DNA of 64,000 nucleotides, taken from the NCBI GenBank assembly GCA_001820685.1, contig MHQP01000009.1:808-64807 (forward strand), given 5' to 3'. Each line of letters starts with the position of its first letter. The stretch's first letter is position 1. Origin of the DNA: Candidatus Sungbacteria bacterium RIFCSPLOWO2_01_FULL_47_32. Its GTDB lineage: Bacteria > Patescibacteriota > Minisyncoccia > Sungbacterales > GWA2-42-14. Made by a program: the position numbers and the translations under genes. Under the pieces are notes generated by a model. The model made no database searches. It had not been told where the DNA came from and saw nothing but the letters and a program-made list of their open reading frames with translations. Below, piece after piece: positions 36,519 to 45,876 of this stretch.

Positions 36519-37525
36519 TGGACTCAGATACTGATAAAAAAATTATCAGCGCGTTTCTTAAGGGATCAGTGCTGGGTCTTGCGGAAGAAGGTACGTCTGC
36601 AGAGTATATTCAAACCCAAATTTCTCATATTTTCCTATATTCTCATACGGTTTATAAATTATACCGCCGCGATAACGAAAATTTTAACGCTCTTTTTGCC
36701 GATCTTTCGGGTGAAAAAAGAGCGGATTTTTATAAAGAAGACTTTTTTTATAACCACTATTTTAACCCGGCGGTGTATAAAAAGCTTGTCGGTGTGCTCG
36801 TCCATGACAACGAGGTTATTCTCACGGAAGCCAGCGCCGGGCTTGATTGGGCAATCGAAATGGCCCGGATTGACGCGGCAGAGAATTTAACAGCCTTATT
36901 GATCCATGGCTCTCTTAAAGAAGATGATTTTCGGAGTATCGGGTATCAAATGACAAAAACCCTTGCAGAATTTCCTCGTAAGTCGGATACAAAAAATAAT
37001 TGGTATGCAATAATGAAGGCCAATTTTGAAGATAACGAAAGTTTTGTGTACCTTGCCGACCCGTTGATAAAAAAAGACGACACAAGAAAAGTTCTAGAAG
37101 TTTTAAAAAATTATTTCGAAAATGGGAAGGAAAGATTTGTTAACATGACAGGAGAACAGCTTATTTGCGCCATCGATAACCACTCCGATAATGTATTTTA
37201 TAACGGAGGCGAGGTCTCGTTTATTGATGTCTATCTGCCAAAAGAAAATTGGCGTATGATTGACCCGTTTTATGCAGTCTGCCGGCTTTCCGCGGATGTT
37301 TTGGTTTTGGGAGGAAATACATATGCCGAAGCTCTTATCTCAGGGTACGAAGACTATTATGGAAACGACAAGACCAGTAGGAGCATTCAGCTTTTTTATC
37401 AACTTGATGGCGCACTCATAAAAGCGGCTTATTTATATATAATAGGGAAAGATAGCGGAAAAAGGTTAAATGAGGCAGAAAAATATTGGCAATTTATTAT
37501 GAGCTCGATTTCGGAGTTAAAGTAG
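36518..37525 (+). CDS. hypothetical protein (335 aa)
   Basis: No convincing motif. Adjacent in the same direction with an ATGA-type junction to the upstream gene. Confidence 0.5.
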   Translation: MDSDTDKKIISAFLKGSVLGLAEEGTSAEYIQTQISHIFLYSHTVYKLYRRDNENFNALFADLSGEKRADFYKEDFFYNHYFNPAVYKKLVGVLVHDNEVILTEASAGLDWAIEMARIDAAENLTALLIHGSLKEDDFRSIGYQMTKTLAEFPRKSDTKNNWYAIMKANFEDNESFVYLADPLIKKDDTRKVLEVLKNYFENGKERFVNMTGEQLICAIDNHSDNVFYNGGEVSFIDVYLPKENWRMIDPFYAVCRLSADVLVLGGNTYAEALISGYEDYYGNDKTSRSIQLFYQLDGALIKAAYLYIIGKDSGKRLNEAEKYWQFIMSSISELK

Positions 37526-37567
37526 AAAAGACACCTGACACCTATTACAAAATAATAAACTAAAAAT

Positions 37568-38005
37568 ATGACCATTGAGTTCTCTAGGAAGTTAATTAAG
37601 GGTCGGATTGTTGAAGTTATTTTTGAACAAATGATTCGCGAAGAAGGTAGATATACCGTGATTCCTTTTGGCTATGAACATACAATGCCGACACTTGCGC
37701 AGTATAGGAATATTTCAGAAGTCCCAAATGTAATCGATAATATTTCAGATGCCCCTGATTTCGCACTTATTTCAGAAGATAAGACAAAACTCTTTCTTGT
37801 AGAGGTAAAGTATCAGAGGACTCTTGATATTGAAGAATTAAGTACATGTGGGAAAAAATTACTTGATCGACGGGAGTCTCCTTGGGTTTTTGTTGCAACG
37901 CCAAATGGTTTTTATTGCGCACCATGTAGTTCTGTTTGCAGAGAAAATAAAATAGGCGAGTTGTCAAAAACTGGGTTACAGTGGAACGTCAAGCAGACTA
38001 TTTAA
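37568..38005 (+). CDS. PD-(D/E)xK nuclease-fold protein (145 aa)
   Basis: APDFALISEDKTKLFLVEVKYQ gives PD...(E)VK. Upstream acidic EVIFEQMIREE. Confidence 0.45.
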   Translation: MTIEFSRKLIKGRIVEVIFEQMIREEGRYTVIPFGYEHTMPTLAQYRNISEVPNVIDNISDAPDFALISEDKTKLFLVEVKYQRTLDIEELSTCGKKLLDRRESPWVFVATPNGFYCAPCSSVCRENKIGELSKTGLQWNVKQTI

Positions 38006-38119
38006 AATTGCTTAACGAGTTTGAAAAATAATTTCTACCTAAAGTTGGGTCAGGAGCCCTTTCTGTGCTGATAGGGACAAAAACATTAAATTGTCAAAGT
38101 GCCCAGCTGAAAATATTTT

Positions 38120-38566
38120 ATGAGTATTGAGCAAAAAGACACATATTTTGTGGCTGTAAAAATATTCCTGCAGAAGGACGGAAAACTTTTGATATTGAAA
38201 GATAACTTCGGCGACTGGGATTTGCCCGGCGGAAGGATAAAAAAAGACGAATTTGAAAAGCCGTTAGACGAGATTATAAAAAGAAAAATGTCCGAAGAAT
38301 TGGGCAATGATATTACATATGCTATCGGCAAACCTGTTGTCTTTTTAAGGCACGAAAGAGTTGAAGCATCTCCGGGGAATCCTACCGTGAGGATATTTGC
38401 TATTGGGTACGAGGGGGCGCTCGAAAGCGGAGAAGTTAAGACTTCGGAAAGACATCCGGAAATGCTTTGGGTAGATCTGTTTAGCTTCAGGCCAGAAGAT
38501 TATTTTAAGGGAGGCTGGCTTAAGGGTGTTCAAGAATATTTATCTATTGTACGAACACAACAATGA
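38120..38566 (+). CDS. NUDIX hydrolase
   Basis: Nudix box GGRIKKDEFEKPLDEIIKRKMSEELG. Confidence 0.8.
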   Translation: MSIEQKDTYFVAVKIFLQKDGKLLILKDNFGDWDLPGGRIKKDEFEKPLDEIIKRKMSEELGNDITYAIGKPVVFLRHERVEASPGNPTVRIFAIGYEGALESGEVKTSERHPEMLWVDLFSFRPEDYFKGGWLKGVQEYLSIVRTQQ

Positions 38567-39024
38567 AGCTTCTTATACCAAATTCCGAGACAATTGAGCT
38601 GAAGACCTTAATTTTGGACCTTAACGGCACGCTTACTCTGCAAGGCAGGATAATAGAGGGCGTAGGAGAAAGACTTGCTAAGATAAGAGAAAAAGGGTTA
38701 AGGATATTTTTGCTTTCCGGAGATACCCGTGGGAACGCAAAGGAAGTTGCCGATGAATTGAATATAGAACTGGTAAAAGCTTCTACCGGGGAAGAAAAGC
38801 GGACAGTGGCTTTGGAACTGGATCCGACAACATGTGCTGCGGTCGGCAACGGGCTGATAGATGCCGCTCTTTTTCATGTAGTGAAGCTTTCTATTGCCGT
38901 CATGCAAGCAGAGGGCGTCCACACAAAATCTTTAATGGAAGCGGATATTGTGGTTCCATCCATTCTGAACGCCTTAGATATCCTCATTGACGAAAATAGT
39001 CTTATTGCAACTCTGCGGCCGTAG
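38563..39024 (+). CDS. HAD-like hydrolase (small, KdsC/Cof-like size)
   Basis: Motif I LILDLNGTL (D-x-N instead of D-x-D). LSGD. AVGNGLIDAALF (motif IV). Confidence 0.5.
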   Translation: MKLLIPNSETIELKTLILDLNGTLTLQGRIIEGVGERLAKIREKGLRIFLLSGDTRGNAKEVADELNIELVKASTGEEKRTVALELDPTTCAAVGNGLIDAALFHVVKLSIAVMQAEGVHTKSLMEADIVVPSILNALDILIDENSLIATLRP

Positions 39025-39055
39025 GTTACTTTCGGTCGAGAACCAACTACGCATA

Positions 39056-39973
39056 ATGAATGAAAAACAAGATACAAACCATACACGAGAGGGGGTAATT
39101 TTAATATTGCTGTCCTCCGTTATGTTTGGCAGTTATGGAGTTTGGTCAAAACTCATTGGCAGCTCTTTCGGGGTCTTCTATCAGGGCTGGGTACGAGCAC
39201 TGCTTATTTCTCTCGCGCTTTTCCCAATCCTCCTCTTTACTAAAAAGATTGTTTCTTTTGAACGAAATGACCGGAAGTGGCTCGCTATTTTTTTGATATT
39301 TACGTCTTTTACCACCGCACCCATCTACTACGCCTTCACGCACATGGACCTTAGCGCTGCATATCTGCTCTTTTTTGTCGGAGTAATACTTACCATGTAT
39401 ATCGTTGGGTTCACGCTGTTTCGAGAAAAAATAACGAAGATAAAATTGATTGCTCTTATTACCGCATGCCTCGGACTCTACGCGGTCTTTTCGTTTTCCG
39501 CAGATACCTTTACTCCTCTTGCCGCGTGTATGGCATTTCTGAACGGTATTGCCAGTGGCGGTGAAATAGCGTTTTCTAAAAAGCTATCCGGGTCATATTC
39601 CCCATTATATCTCTCATGGCTTAGCTGGATTGCCATTCTTGTTACAAACGGCATCATGTCTCTTGCGGCGGGCGAGATACAGCACGTTCCCTCATTTGAT
39701 ATGGCGTGGTTCTACCTCGTTGCCTATGCTACAACCGGGATTATCGGCTTTTGGTTGGTGCTTAAGGGCATACAATACCTGGAAAGCAGTATTGGAAGCC
39801 TGCTTACTCCTCTCGAAGTAGTATTTGGAATTCTTTTTGGAATCGTCATCTTCAACGAGTCTTTAACCTTTCGAGTGGTTTTGGGAGGATTGTTAATTAT
39901 CGTTGCGGCCATTCTTCCTCATCTTCATAAAATAATCAGTTCGGGTCGTGTCCCGACAGCCAGTTTGAGATAG
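39056..39973 (+). CDS. EamA/DMT-family transporter (10 TM)
   Basis: Two EamA-like 5-TM halves. Met 24 of the track ORF. Confidence 0.6.
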   Translation: MNEKQDTNHTREGVILILLSSVMFGSYGVWSKLIGSSFGVFYQGWVRALLISLALFPILLFTKKIVSFERNDRKWLAIFLIFTSFTTAPIYYAFTHMDLSAAYLLFFVGVILTMYIVGFTLFREKITKIKLIALITACLGLYAVFSFSADTFTPLAACMAFLNGIASGGEIAFSKKLSGSYSPLYLSWLSWIAILVTNGIMSLAAGEIQHVPSFDMAWFYLVAYATTGIIGFWLVLKGIQYLESSIGSLLTPLEVVFGILFGIVIFNESLTFRVVLGGLLIIVAAILPHLHKIISSGRVPTASLR

Positions 39974-40003
39974 GTTTAAAGTGCGAAAAGCATTTAAATA
40001 CAT

Positions 40004-40501
40004 ATGGTAACGTTATATAATGTAACTTCTTCTGACGGATTTATTGCCCGAAAAGACGGGAGCGAGGACTTTATCCCCGACAACCTTTGGGTTAACTTTC
40101 TCAATCTTTGTAAGGAATACGGAACGATAATTATGGGACGAAAGACGTATGATACTATTCAAAAATATGATCAGGAGATATTAGCACCATTTGAAAAATT
40201 GCCAATTAGAAAAATTGTGGTAACTGCCAACCCAAAATTTTTCCCAAAGCAGGGTTATATAGTTGCACGTTCCCCGGAAGATGCTGTTCTCCTTGCGCCT
40301 AATGCTCTTGTTTCAAGCGGACCCACGCTTAACGATTATTTTTTGAAAAACGGTTTTGTAAAAAAGATTATTATTCATCAAGTATCGATTGCTATCGAAG
40401 AGGGCATAAAACCTTTTGAACAAAATAATGCCACCCTGGTTCCTGTTGAGGGAGTGCCACAGCTCGACGGTGTAAGGGTGAAAGAGTATGTTGTTGTCTA
40501 G
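40004..40501 (+). CDS. dihydrofolate reductase-family / RibD C-terminal-domain-like reductase
   Basis: SSDGFIARKDGSEDFI...IIMGRKTY (DHFR_1/RibD_C pattern). Confidence 0.55.
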   Translation: MVTLYNVTSSDGFIARKDGSEDFIPDNLWVNFLNLCKEYGTIIMGRKTYDTIQKYDQEILAPFEKLPIRKIVVTANPKFFPKQGYIVARSPEDAVLLAPNALVSSGPTLNDYFLKNGFVKKIIIHQVSIAIEEGIKPFEQNNATLVPVEGVPQLDGVRVKEYVVV

Positions 40502-40543
40502 TATCCGAGAAAGCTGGCAAACCGGAAACAGCTTCGAATTTTA

Positions 40544-40575
40544 AAACCCCCTCGCATTCGGGGGTTTAACTTTTT
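40544..40575 (+). terminator. intrinsic terminator
   Basis: aaaccccctcgcattcgggggttt followed by aacttttt. Confidence 0.55.
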
Positions 40576-40640
40576 CCTGAAGTGGTGTATAGTAATAATC
40601 GGCTTCTTTGAAAAATCTGCGGAGCGGGTATCGAGGGCGC

Positions 40641-41051
40641 ATGGCTTACAGCGACAAGGTCAATGACCACTATAATAATCCCAGAAATGTCGGAACGTTA
40701 CCGAAGGACGACCCAAACGTTGGGACAGGCTTGGTTGGCGCTCCAGAATGCGGGGACGTCATGAAGCTTCAAATAAGAGTAAATCCCGAAACGGGCGTTA
40801 TCGAAGACGCGAAGTTCAAAACTTTCGGCTGCGGATCTGCCATCGCTTCCTCAAGCCTTGCCACAGAGTGGCTTAAAGGAAGAACGATTGAAGAGGCGGG
40901 AGAAATTAAAAATACTGATATTGTAAACGAACTGAAACTTCCGCCGGTAAAAATCCACTGTTCCGTCCTTGCAGAAGACGCAATCAAAGCCGCTCTTGAG
41001 AACTACCGGGAAAAACAAACCAACAAAAAGGAGGCAACCGATGGCAATTAA
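40641..41051 (+). CDS. iscU: Fe-S cluster scaffold, NifU/IscU family
   Basis: APECGD, GCGSAIAS and HCS cysteine motifs. Met 12 of the track ORF. Confidence 0.85.
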   Translation: MAYSDKVNDHYNNPRNVGTLPKDDPNVGTGLVGAPECGDVMKLQIRVNPETGVIEDAKFKTFGCGSAIASSSLATEWLKGRTIEEAGEIKNTDIVNELKLPPVKIHCSVLAEDAIKAALENYREKQTNKKEATDGN

Positions 41052-41430
41052 GCTGACAGAGCGCGCAGTAGAGAAAGTAAAAGAATTGCGTGAAGATTTT
41101 GCGCATGAGAAAAATCTTCCGTCAGAGGCGGTATACCTTCGAATGGGTGTGAGGGGCGGGGGGTGTTCAGGCCTTTCATACAGTCTTGAATTTGATACGA
41201 AAAAGGAAGCAAGCGATAAGGTATTCGACCATGAATACCGTCGGGGCGAAGACGGAGTAGGGTTTGTTTGGGGATTTGAGGTCGTGGTTGATGTAAAAAG
41301 CTATCTTTTTCTGAACGGCGCAACCTTGGACTACGTAATCGAGGGACTCGGCGGCGGGTTTACGTTCGACAACCCTAACGCAAAGTCTTCCTGCGGGTGC
41401 GGAACCTCGTTCCAGCCGGAGGAGGGATAG
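41041..41430 (+). CDS. iscA: Fe-S cluster insertion protein, HesB/IscA/ErpA family
   Basis: C-terminal CGCGTSF. Start overlaps the iscU stop. Met 25 of the track ORF. Confidence 0.8.
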   Translation: MAIKLTERAVEKVKELREDFAHEKNLPSEAVYLRMGVRGGGCSGLSYSLEFDTKKEASDKVFDHEYRRGEDGVGFVWGFEVVVDVKSYLFLNGATLDYVIEGLGGGFTFDNPNAKSSCGCGTSFQPEEG

Positions 41431-41433
41431 ACA

Positions 41434-41802
41434 GTGAAACAGCACTGCAAGGATATGACGTTCTTCGTCGCCGATGACGCTTTCGACTATATTGTTGAGG
41501 CTCGGAACAATGCCGGGAAGCAGCACTGCGATTATATGCGCGTCTATATTCGTGAAGATGTGAAGAGTTGTTGCGGGCCGGCATACGGCTTTGAGTTCGC
41601 TGAATACAGCGAACCGCAGGACTATTATTTGCCATTCGAGAAGAGGGGTGTTGGAATTCTTCGTGTTCTTATCGATCCCAAGTGGAAAGATATTCTCAAC
41701 AATGTTGAAATAGTGCTGGTCGATATGCCAATGGTACCTATGGGGAAAGGGCTCAAGATCAAGAACCCGAACGTGCGGTCAAAATGCGCGTGCGGGAATT
41801 AA
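41434..41802 (+). CDS. second HesB/IscA-like protein (GTG start)
   Basis: C-terminal KCACGN, plus SCCG upstream. Confidence 0.5.
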   Translation: MKQHCKDMTFFVADDAFDYIVEARNNAGKQHCDYMRVYIREDVKSCCGPAYGFEFAEYSEPQDYYLPFEKRGVGILRVLIDPKWKDILNNVEIVLVDMPMVPMGKGLKIKNPNVRSKCACGN

Positions 41803-41805
41803 TAT

Positions 41806-41831
41806 AAAACGGCATACATGCCGTTTTTTTT
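41806..41831. terminator. bidirectional terminator
   Basis: aacggcatacatgccgtt followed by tttttttt. Confidence 0.6.
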
Positions 41832-41832
41832 G

Positions 41833-42408
41833 TTATATCGAGAGAAGGAGTCGGGCAATTCTTTCTTTTGTGTGTTGAAGCAGGAAACGCTTGCCGTAAT
41901 GAACCGCGTATGAGGAAACAATACCGACAACCGCCCCGGCCACAACATCCGATGGCCAATGGACGCCTGCCGCAACGCGGTTTATGGATATAGAAAACGC
42001 TATAAGCAAAAAAAGAAGCCCGCTTTTGCGGTAGCGGAAAAAAATCGTCATGCCGAGCGCAAAAAAGAATGCCGCGTGTCCCGAAGGAAACGAGGCTTCC
42101 TGTGGGTGTTCAATGAGCGTTGTAACCCCGCTTAGCGCTTCAAACGGGCGGAGCCTTTGCCAAAAAAAACGGATTATTTCAACAACAAAAAACCGTGAAA
42201 AAATTCCGGATGCCGCTATTTCAAGAACCAAAAAACGGTTTTTAAGTTTTTGGACTTCATCTTTATAAAAAAAGAAAAAAAGAACTGCGGCTGTTCCTGC
42301 GATATATGGCAAGTAGTGCGCTTTAAAAATTATTCCATTGTCAACCAACGGGTTCATGCCAGCCCATGAGTTTAACCATCTAAAAAGAGAAATATCGAGC
42401 GAATTCAT
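41833..42408 (-). CDS. PAP2-family phosphatase (undecaprenyl-diphosphatase / phosphatidate phosphatase type)
   Basis: PSGH and SRVAAGVHWPSD motifs. Multi-TM. Confidence 0.75.
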   Translation of the reverse strand: MNSLDISLFRWLNSWAGMNPLVDNGIIFKAHYLPYIAGTAAVLFFFFYKDEVQKLKNRFLVLEIAASGIFSRFFVVEIIRFFWQRLRPFEALSGVTTLIEHPQEASFPSGHAAFFFALGMTIFFRYRKSGLLFLLIAFSISINRVAAGVHWPSDVVAGAVVGIVSSYAVHYGKRFLLQHTKERIARLLLSI

Positions 42409-42410
42409 AG

Positions 42411-43241
42411 TTATTTTTGCAGTTTAGCGAGTGTTATTAAATTCTTGAAAAGGAGCGCTACCGTAACCGGCCCGACACCCCCCGGAACGGGCGTGATGTA
42501 AGACGCTTTTTTCGATACGCCATCAAAGTCAATATCTCCCACAAGTTTTCCTTCGGATTCCGACGTTCCCGCGTCTATCGCAATTACGCCCTCTTTGACC
42601 ATATCGGCCGTGATAAGCTTCGGTTTTCCGGCTCCGCTTATGATAATATCGGCGTGCTCAATAAATTCAGAAATATCCTTGGTGTGCTCATCAACAACCG
42701 AGAATGTTGCGTGTTCGCGGAGAAGATCTATTGCAATAGGGCGCCCTACGAGTTTTCCGGAACCGACGAGAACGACAGACTTGCCGGCGTACGTCAGAGA
42801 ATATTCTTTTAGGAATGCACGAACTGCCCCGACGACAGGAGGCACAATATGAGAACGTCCGGTCGCAAAATTGCCGATAGCGCGGCTAGAAAGCATGTCG
42901 ACGTCTTTTTCAGGAATGACGGAGTTCAAAATATATTGAGTATTGATATTCTCCGGAAGCGGCAACTGAACGACAAGCCCCGTTGTTGTTTTGTTGTGCG
43001 CGATATCGAATATCTTCTTTCTCAATTCATTTGTTGTGATGCGGGCGTCAAACCGATGAATGCGAAAATCCGATCCGATGGATTCGGCCGCCTTATTCTT
43101 TTGAGAAACAAATTTTTCCACTACCGGATGGTCTCCGACGATCACAACATCAAGTCGCACCTTTTTTGGGATGTGCGCGAGCTCGCTTCGCATTTCGGCG
43201 AATATTTTTTGAGAAAGGGTTTTCCCGTCGAGAAGTATCAT
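42411..43241 (-). CDS. folD: methylene-THF dehydrogenase / methenyl-THF cyclohydrolase
   Basis: MILLDGK. PGGVGPVTVALL. Met 43 of the track ORF. Confidence 0.88.
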   Translation of the reverse strand: MILLDGKTLSQKIFAEMRSELAHIPKKVRLDVVIVGDHPVVEKFVSQKNKAAESIGSDFRIHRFDARITTNELRKKIFDIAHNKTTTGLVVQLPLPENINTQYILNSVIPEKDVDMLSSRAIGNFATGRSHIVPPVVGAVRAFLKEYSLTYAGKSVVLVGSGKLVGRPIAIDLLREHATFSVVDEHTKDISEFIEHADIIISGAGKPKLITADMVKEGVIAIDAGTSESEGKLVGDIDFDGVSKKASYITPVPGGVGPVTVALLFKNLITLAKLQK

Positions 43242-43308
43242 ACCCGTGAATATACCAGATTTTTTGCATTTTGGCAAAGAAAAAAGGAAGCAGTAATGCT
43301 TCCATATA

Positions 43309-43623
43309 TTAATGGACAGGAACGCCTCCGGTGCAATAGTACTCTCTATAGATCGGATATCCGCCACCGGAATACCTCATGTATTCGCGGAAGATGAACC
43401 TGGGGTTTGCGTTCCGGAAGATATATCCTCCCTGAATCGTTATATCAACCTTGGGCTCTCCAACCGGTTTGCCCCAAAGGGTTGGTTGGTATGAGTAAAT
43501 ATGCGTAATCTCATAACACGGTGACTGATGTCTCGACCGGTCTTTCCGGACCGTGAGCTCAATAGTGCCGCAACCCGCAAGAATTGTAAGACAGAATGCA
43601 AAAGCAAGAGCTTTTTTAAGCAT
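43309..43623 (-). CDS. small lipoprotein (lipobox LAGC)
   Basis: MLKKALAFAFCLTILAGC. Confidence 0.55.
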   Translation of the reverse strand: MLKKALAFAFCLTILAGCGTIELTVRKDRSRHQSPCYEITHIYSYQPTLWGKPVGEPKVDITIQGGYIFRNANPRFIFREYMRYSGGGYPIYREYYCTGGVPVH

Positions 43624-43636
43624 GTATCCTTTCTCC

Positions 43637-44902
43637 TTATGTGGGGAATTTTCTGCAAAGAGTTTTTACCTTGTTATATGTAGCTGAAGGATTTGAAATT
43701 GTCAAGGCTTCGTAGATTAATTGTGCAACAAGTTTCATTTCACATTCTTTCATGCCTCGCGTTGTGATTGAGGGCGTTCCGATACGGATGCCGGAAGGGT
43801 CGAATGGAGAGCGCGTGTCGTAGGGGATAGTATTGCGGTTCACGATGATGCCGACATCTTCAAGGCAGTTTTGTCCCTCTTTTCCGGAGATGCCGAGATT
43901 TGTGAGATCAATCAGCATCAAATGATTTTCGGTGCCTCCGGAGACAAGTTCAAGCCCGAACTGCTTCAGTTCTCCTGCAAGTGTTTTCGCGTTCCTCACA
44001 ATCTGTTTTCCATATGCCTTGAAAGCCGGCTTCGTTGCTTCTTCAAGGCATACCGCAATGGCTGCGGTTTGGTTGTCGTGGGGTCCACCCTGAAGTCCCG
44101 GAAAAATCGCTTTGTCGAGTAAGGAAGCGCTATCAACACCGTGTTTTTTTGCAATTTCCGATTCGCGATTCACGAAGATAAGAGCGCCTCGCGGGCCACG
44201 AAGTGTTTTATGCGTCGTTGTTGTTACAATATCCGCATATGGAAATGGTGAAGGGTGCGCGCCCGCGGCAATAAGTCCCGCGATGTGCGCCATGTCAACC
44301 ATAAAGTAGGCTCCGACGTCATCGGCAATACGCCTGAATTTTTTAAAGTCGATAACGCGCGGATACGCAGTAGCGCCCGCAATGATAAGTTTGGGATGTT
44401 CTTTGTGGGCAAGCGTTGCGACTTCGTCGTAGTTGATGAGACCATCGCGCCCAACGCCGTATTGAACGGCAGTATAAAACTTTCCTGAAGCGCTCACTTT
44501 CCATCCGTGCGTTAAGTGGCCGCCAAAGGGGAGCGACATGCCCATTAATTTTTCTCCCGGCTGGAGGAGTCCTACATACACGGCAAAATTTGCGGGAGAG
44601 CCGGAAAGGGCCTGCACGTTTACATGCCAATTCTGCCCGAGGTGGAAAACTTTTCTTGCTCGGTTTTGCGCGAGCGTCTCTATTTCGTCAACAAATTGGT
44701 TTCCTCCATAGTAGCGTTTTCCGGGATATCCTTCCGAATACTTATTCGTAAGAGAAGAGCCGAGAGCTTCAAGGACTGCTTTTGATACAATGTTCTCTGA
44801 AGGGATGAGGTCGAGAGTTTCTGTTTGGCGGCGAGTTTCCTTCGTGATGAGTTCAGCTATTTTTTTATCCGTTTTTTTAAGAGGTAGTTTTGAGGTTTTC
44901 AT
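43637..44902 (-). CDS. glyA: serine hydroxymethyltransferase
   Basis: LIPSENIVS. PLP-Lys region TTTHKTLRGPRG. Met 14 of the track ORF. Confidence 0.92.
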   Translation of the reverse strand: MKTSKLPLKKTDKKIAELITKETRRQTETLDLIPSENIVSKAVLEALGSSLTNKYSEGYPGKRYYGGNQFVDEIETLAQNRARKVFHLGQNWHVNVQALSGSPANFAVYVGLLQPGEKLMGMSLPFGGHLTHGWKVSASGKFYTAVQYGVGRDGLINYDEVATLAHKEHPKLIIAGATAYPRVIDFKKFRRIADDVGAYFMVDMAHIAGLIAAGAHPSPFPYADIVTTTTHKTLRGPRGALIFVNRESEIAKKHGVDSASLLDKAIFPGLQGGPHDNQTAAIAVCLEEATKPAFKAYGKQIVRNAKTLAGELKQFGLELVSGGTENHLMLIDLTNLGISGKEGQNCLEDVGIIVNRNTIPYDTRSPFDPSGIRIGTPSITTRGMKECEMKLVAQLIYEALTISNPSATYNKVKTLCRKFPT

Positions 44903-45027
44903 AGTATTTTTAATTGTAGGCCACGGAGTGTTTTTCTGCAATTCATTGTGGATAACTTTCGAGTGACCGAAGGCGGCTTTTCTGATACACCTGTGTACAG
45001 GTATTTGAAAATAAAAAAGAGAGTGGC

Positions 45028-45846
45028 ATGAGCCCGAAAGAGAAAGCGGGAGCCAAATCGAATGTTTTCGTGTTTGACGGCGACGATACTCTTTGGATGA
45101 ACGAATGGCAGTATTCCCAGGCGTACTCGGACTTCTTCAGCTATTTATATAAAATTTTTGGGAATAAAACGCCGAACCTTCACTATCTCCAAGAGCGTTA
45201 TTTCCGTACCGAGGGTGAGATGTATAAGGAGTGGGGCATTCGCAGGGGGAGGCTCGCGGAAGCCATGATCCAAACATATCGGGATATATGCAATTGGGCG
45301 CTCTGGAGATTCGAAGCCGACCTGTGGCGGGAGGAGCACGAAGTATATATCCGAAAGATAGGCGACCAGCCGTTTGATTTCGGAAGGCTCGAGTGGCTTT
45401 CCGGAGCAAAATCCATTTTGTCATACCTGAAGCGGCGAGGGCACATGGTCTGTTTTCTTTCGAGCTATGACAAAAAAGTTTTCCCCCAGCGGGCAGAATT
45501 CCTCGGATTGTATGAATTTTTCTCCAAAGAAAATATTCTTCTTACGGAAGGCAAAAAAACAAAGGATGATTTTGTAATGGTAAGCGGCTGGCAAAAAGAA
45601 ACTGACGCTACCCGCGCGTGGTATGCCATTGGAAACGGCGAATCAGATATTTTGCCCCCGCTTGAAATATCGGAAAACTGGCACGGCATCTACATCCCAC
45701 ATGGGTCGACGTCCCGCTATCTTGCCTCGGAATATTTCAAGGAAGGCGGAAGGGCGCTTAACTTCATGCCGCCTCCCATGGAAAATTCGCGTGTTCAAAC
45801 AATACGATCCATCGGGTGCCTGCCCACCGACGTTACAGGGGCATAA
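45028..45846 (+). CDS. HAD-superfamily hydrolase
   Basis: VFDGDDTLW (DxDxT). LSSYD. GNGESD. Confidence 0.6.
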   Translation: MSPKEKAGAKSNVFVFDGDDTLWMNEWQYSQAYSDFFSYLYKIFGNKTPNLHYLQERYFRTEGEMYKEWGIRRGRLAEAMIQTYRDICNWALWRFEADLWREEHEVYIRKIGDQPFDFGRLEWLSGAKSILSYLKRRGHMVCFLSSYDKKVFPQRAEFLGLYEFFSKENILLTEGKKTKDDFVMVSGWQKETDATRAWYAIGNGESDILPPLEISENWHGIYIPHGSTSRYLASEYFKEGGRALNFMPPPMENSRVQTIRSIGCLPTDVTGA

Positions 45847-45847
45847 A

Positions 45848-45876
45848 AATAAATCCGCCCAAGGGCGGATTTATTG
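45848..45876. terminator. bidirectional terminator
   Basis: aaatccgcccaagggcggattt. Confidence 0.55.
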
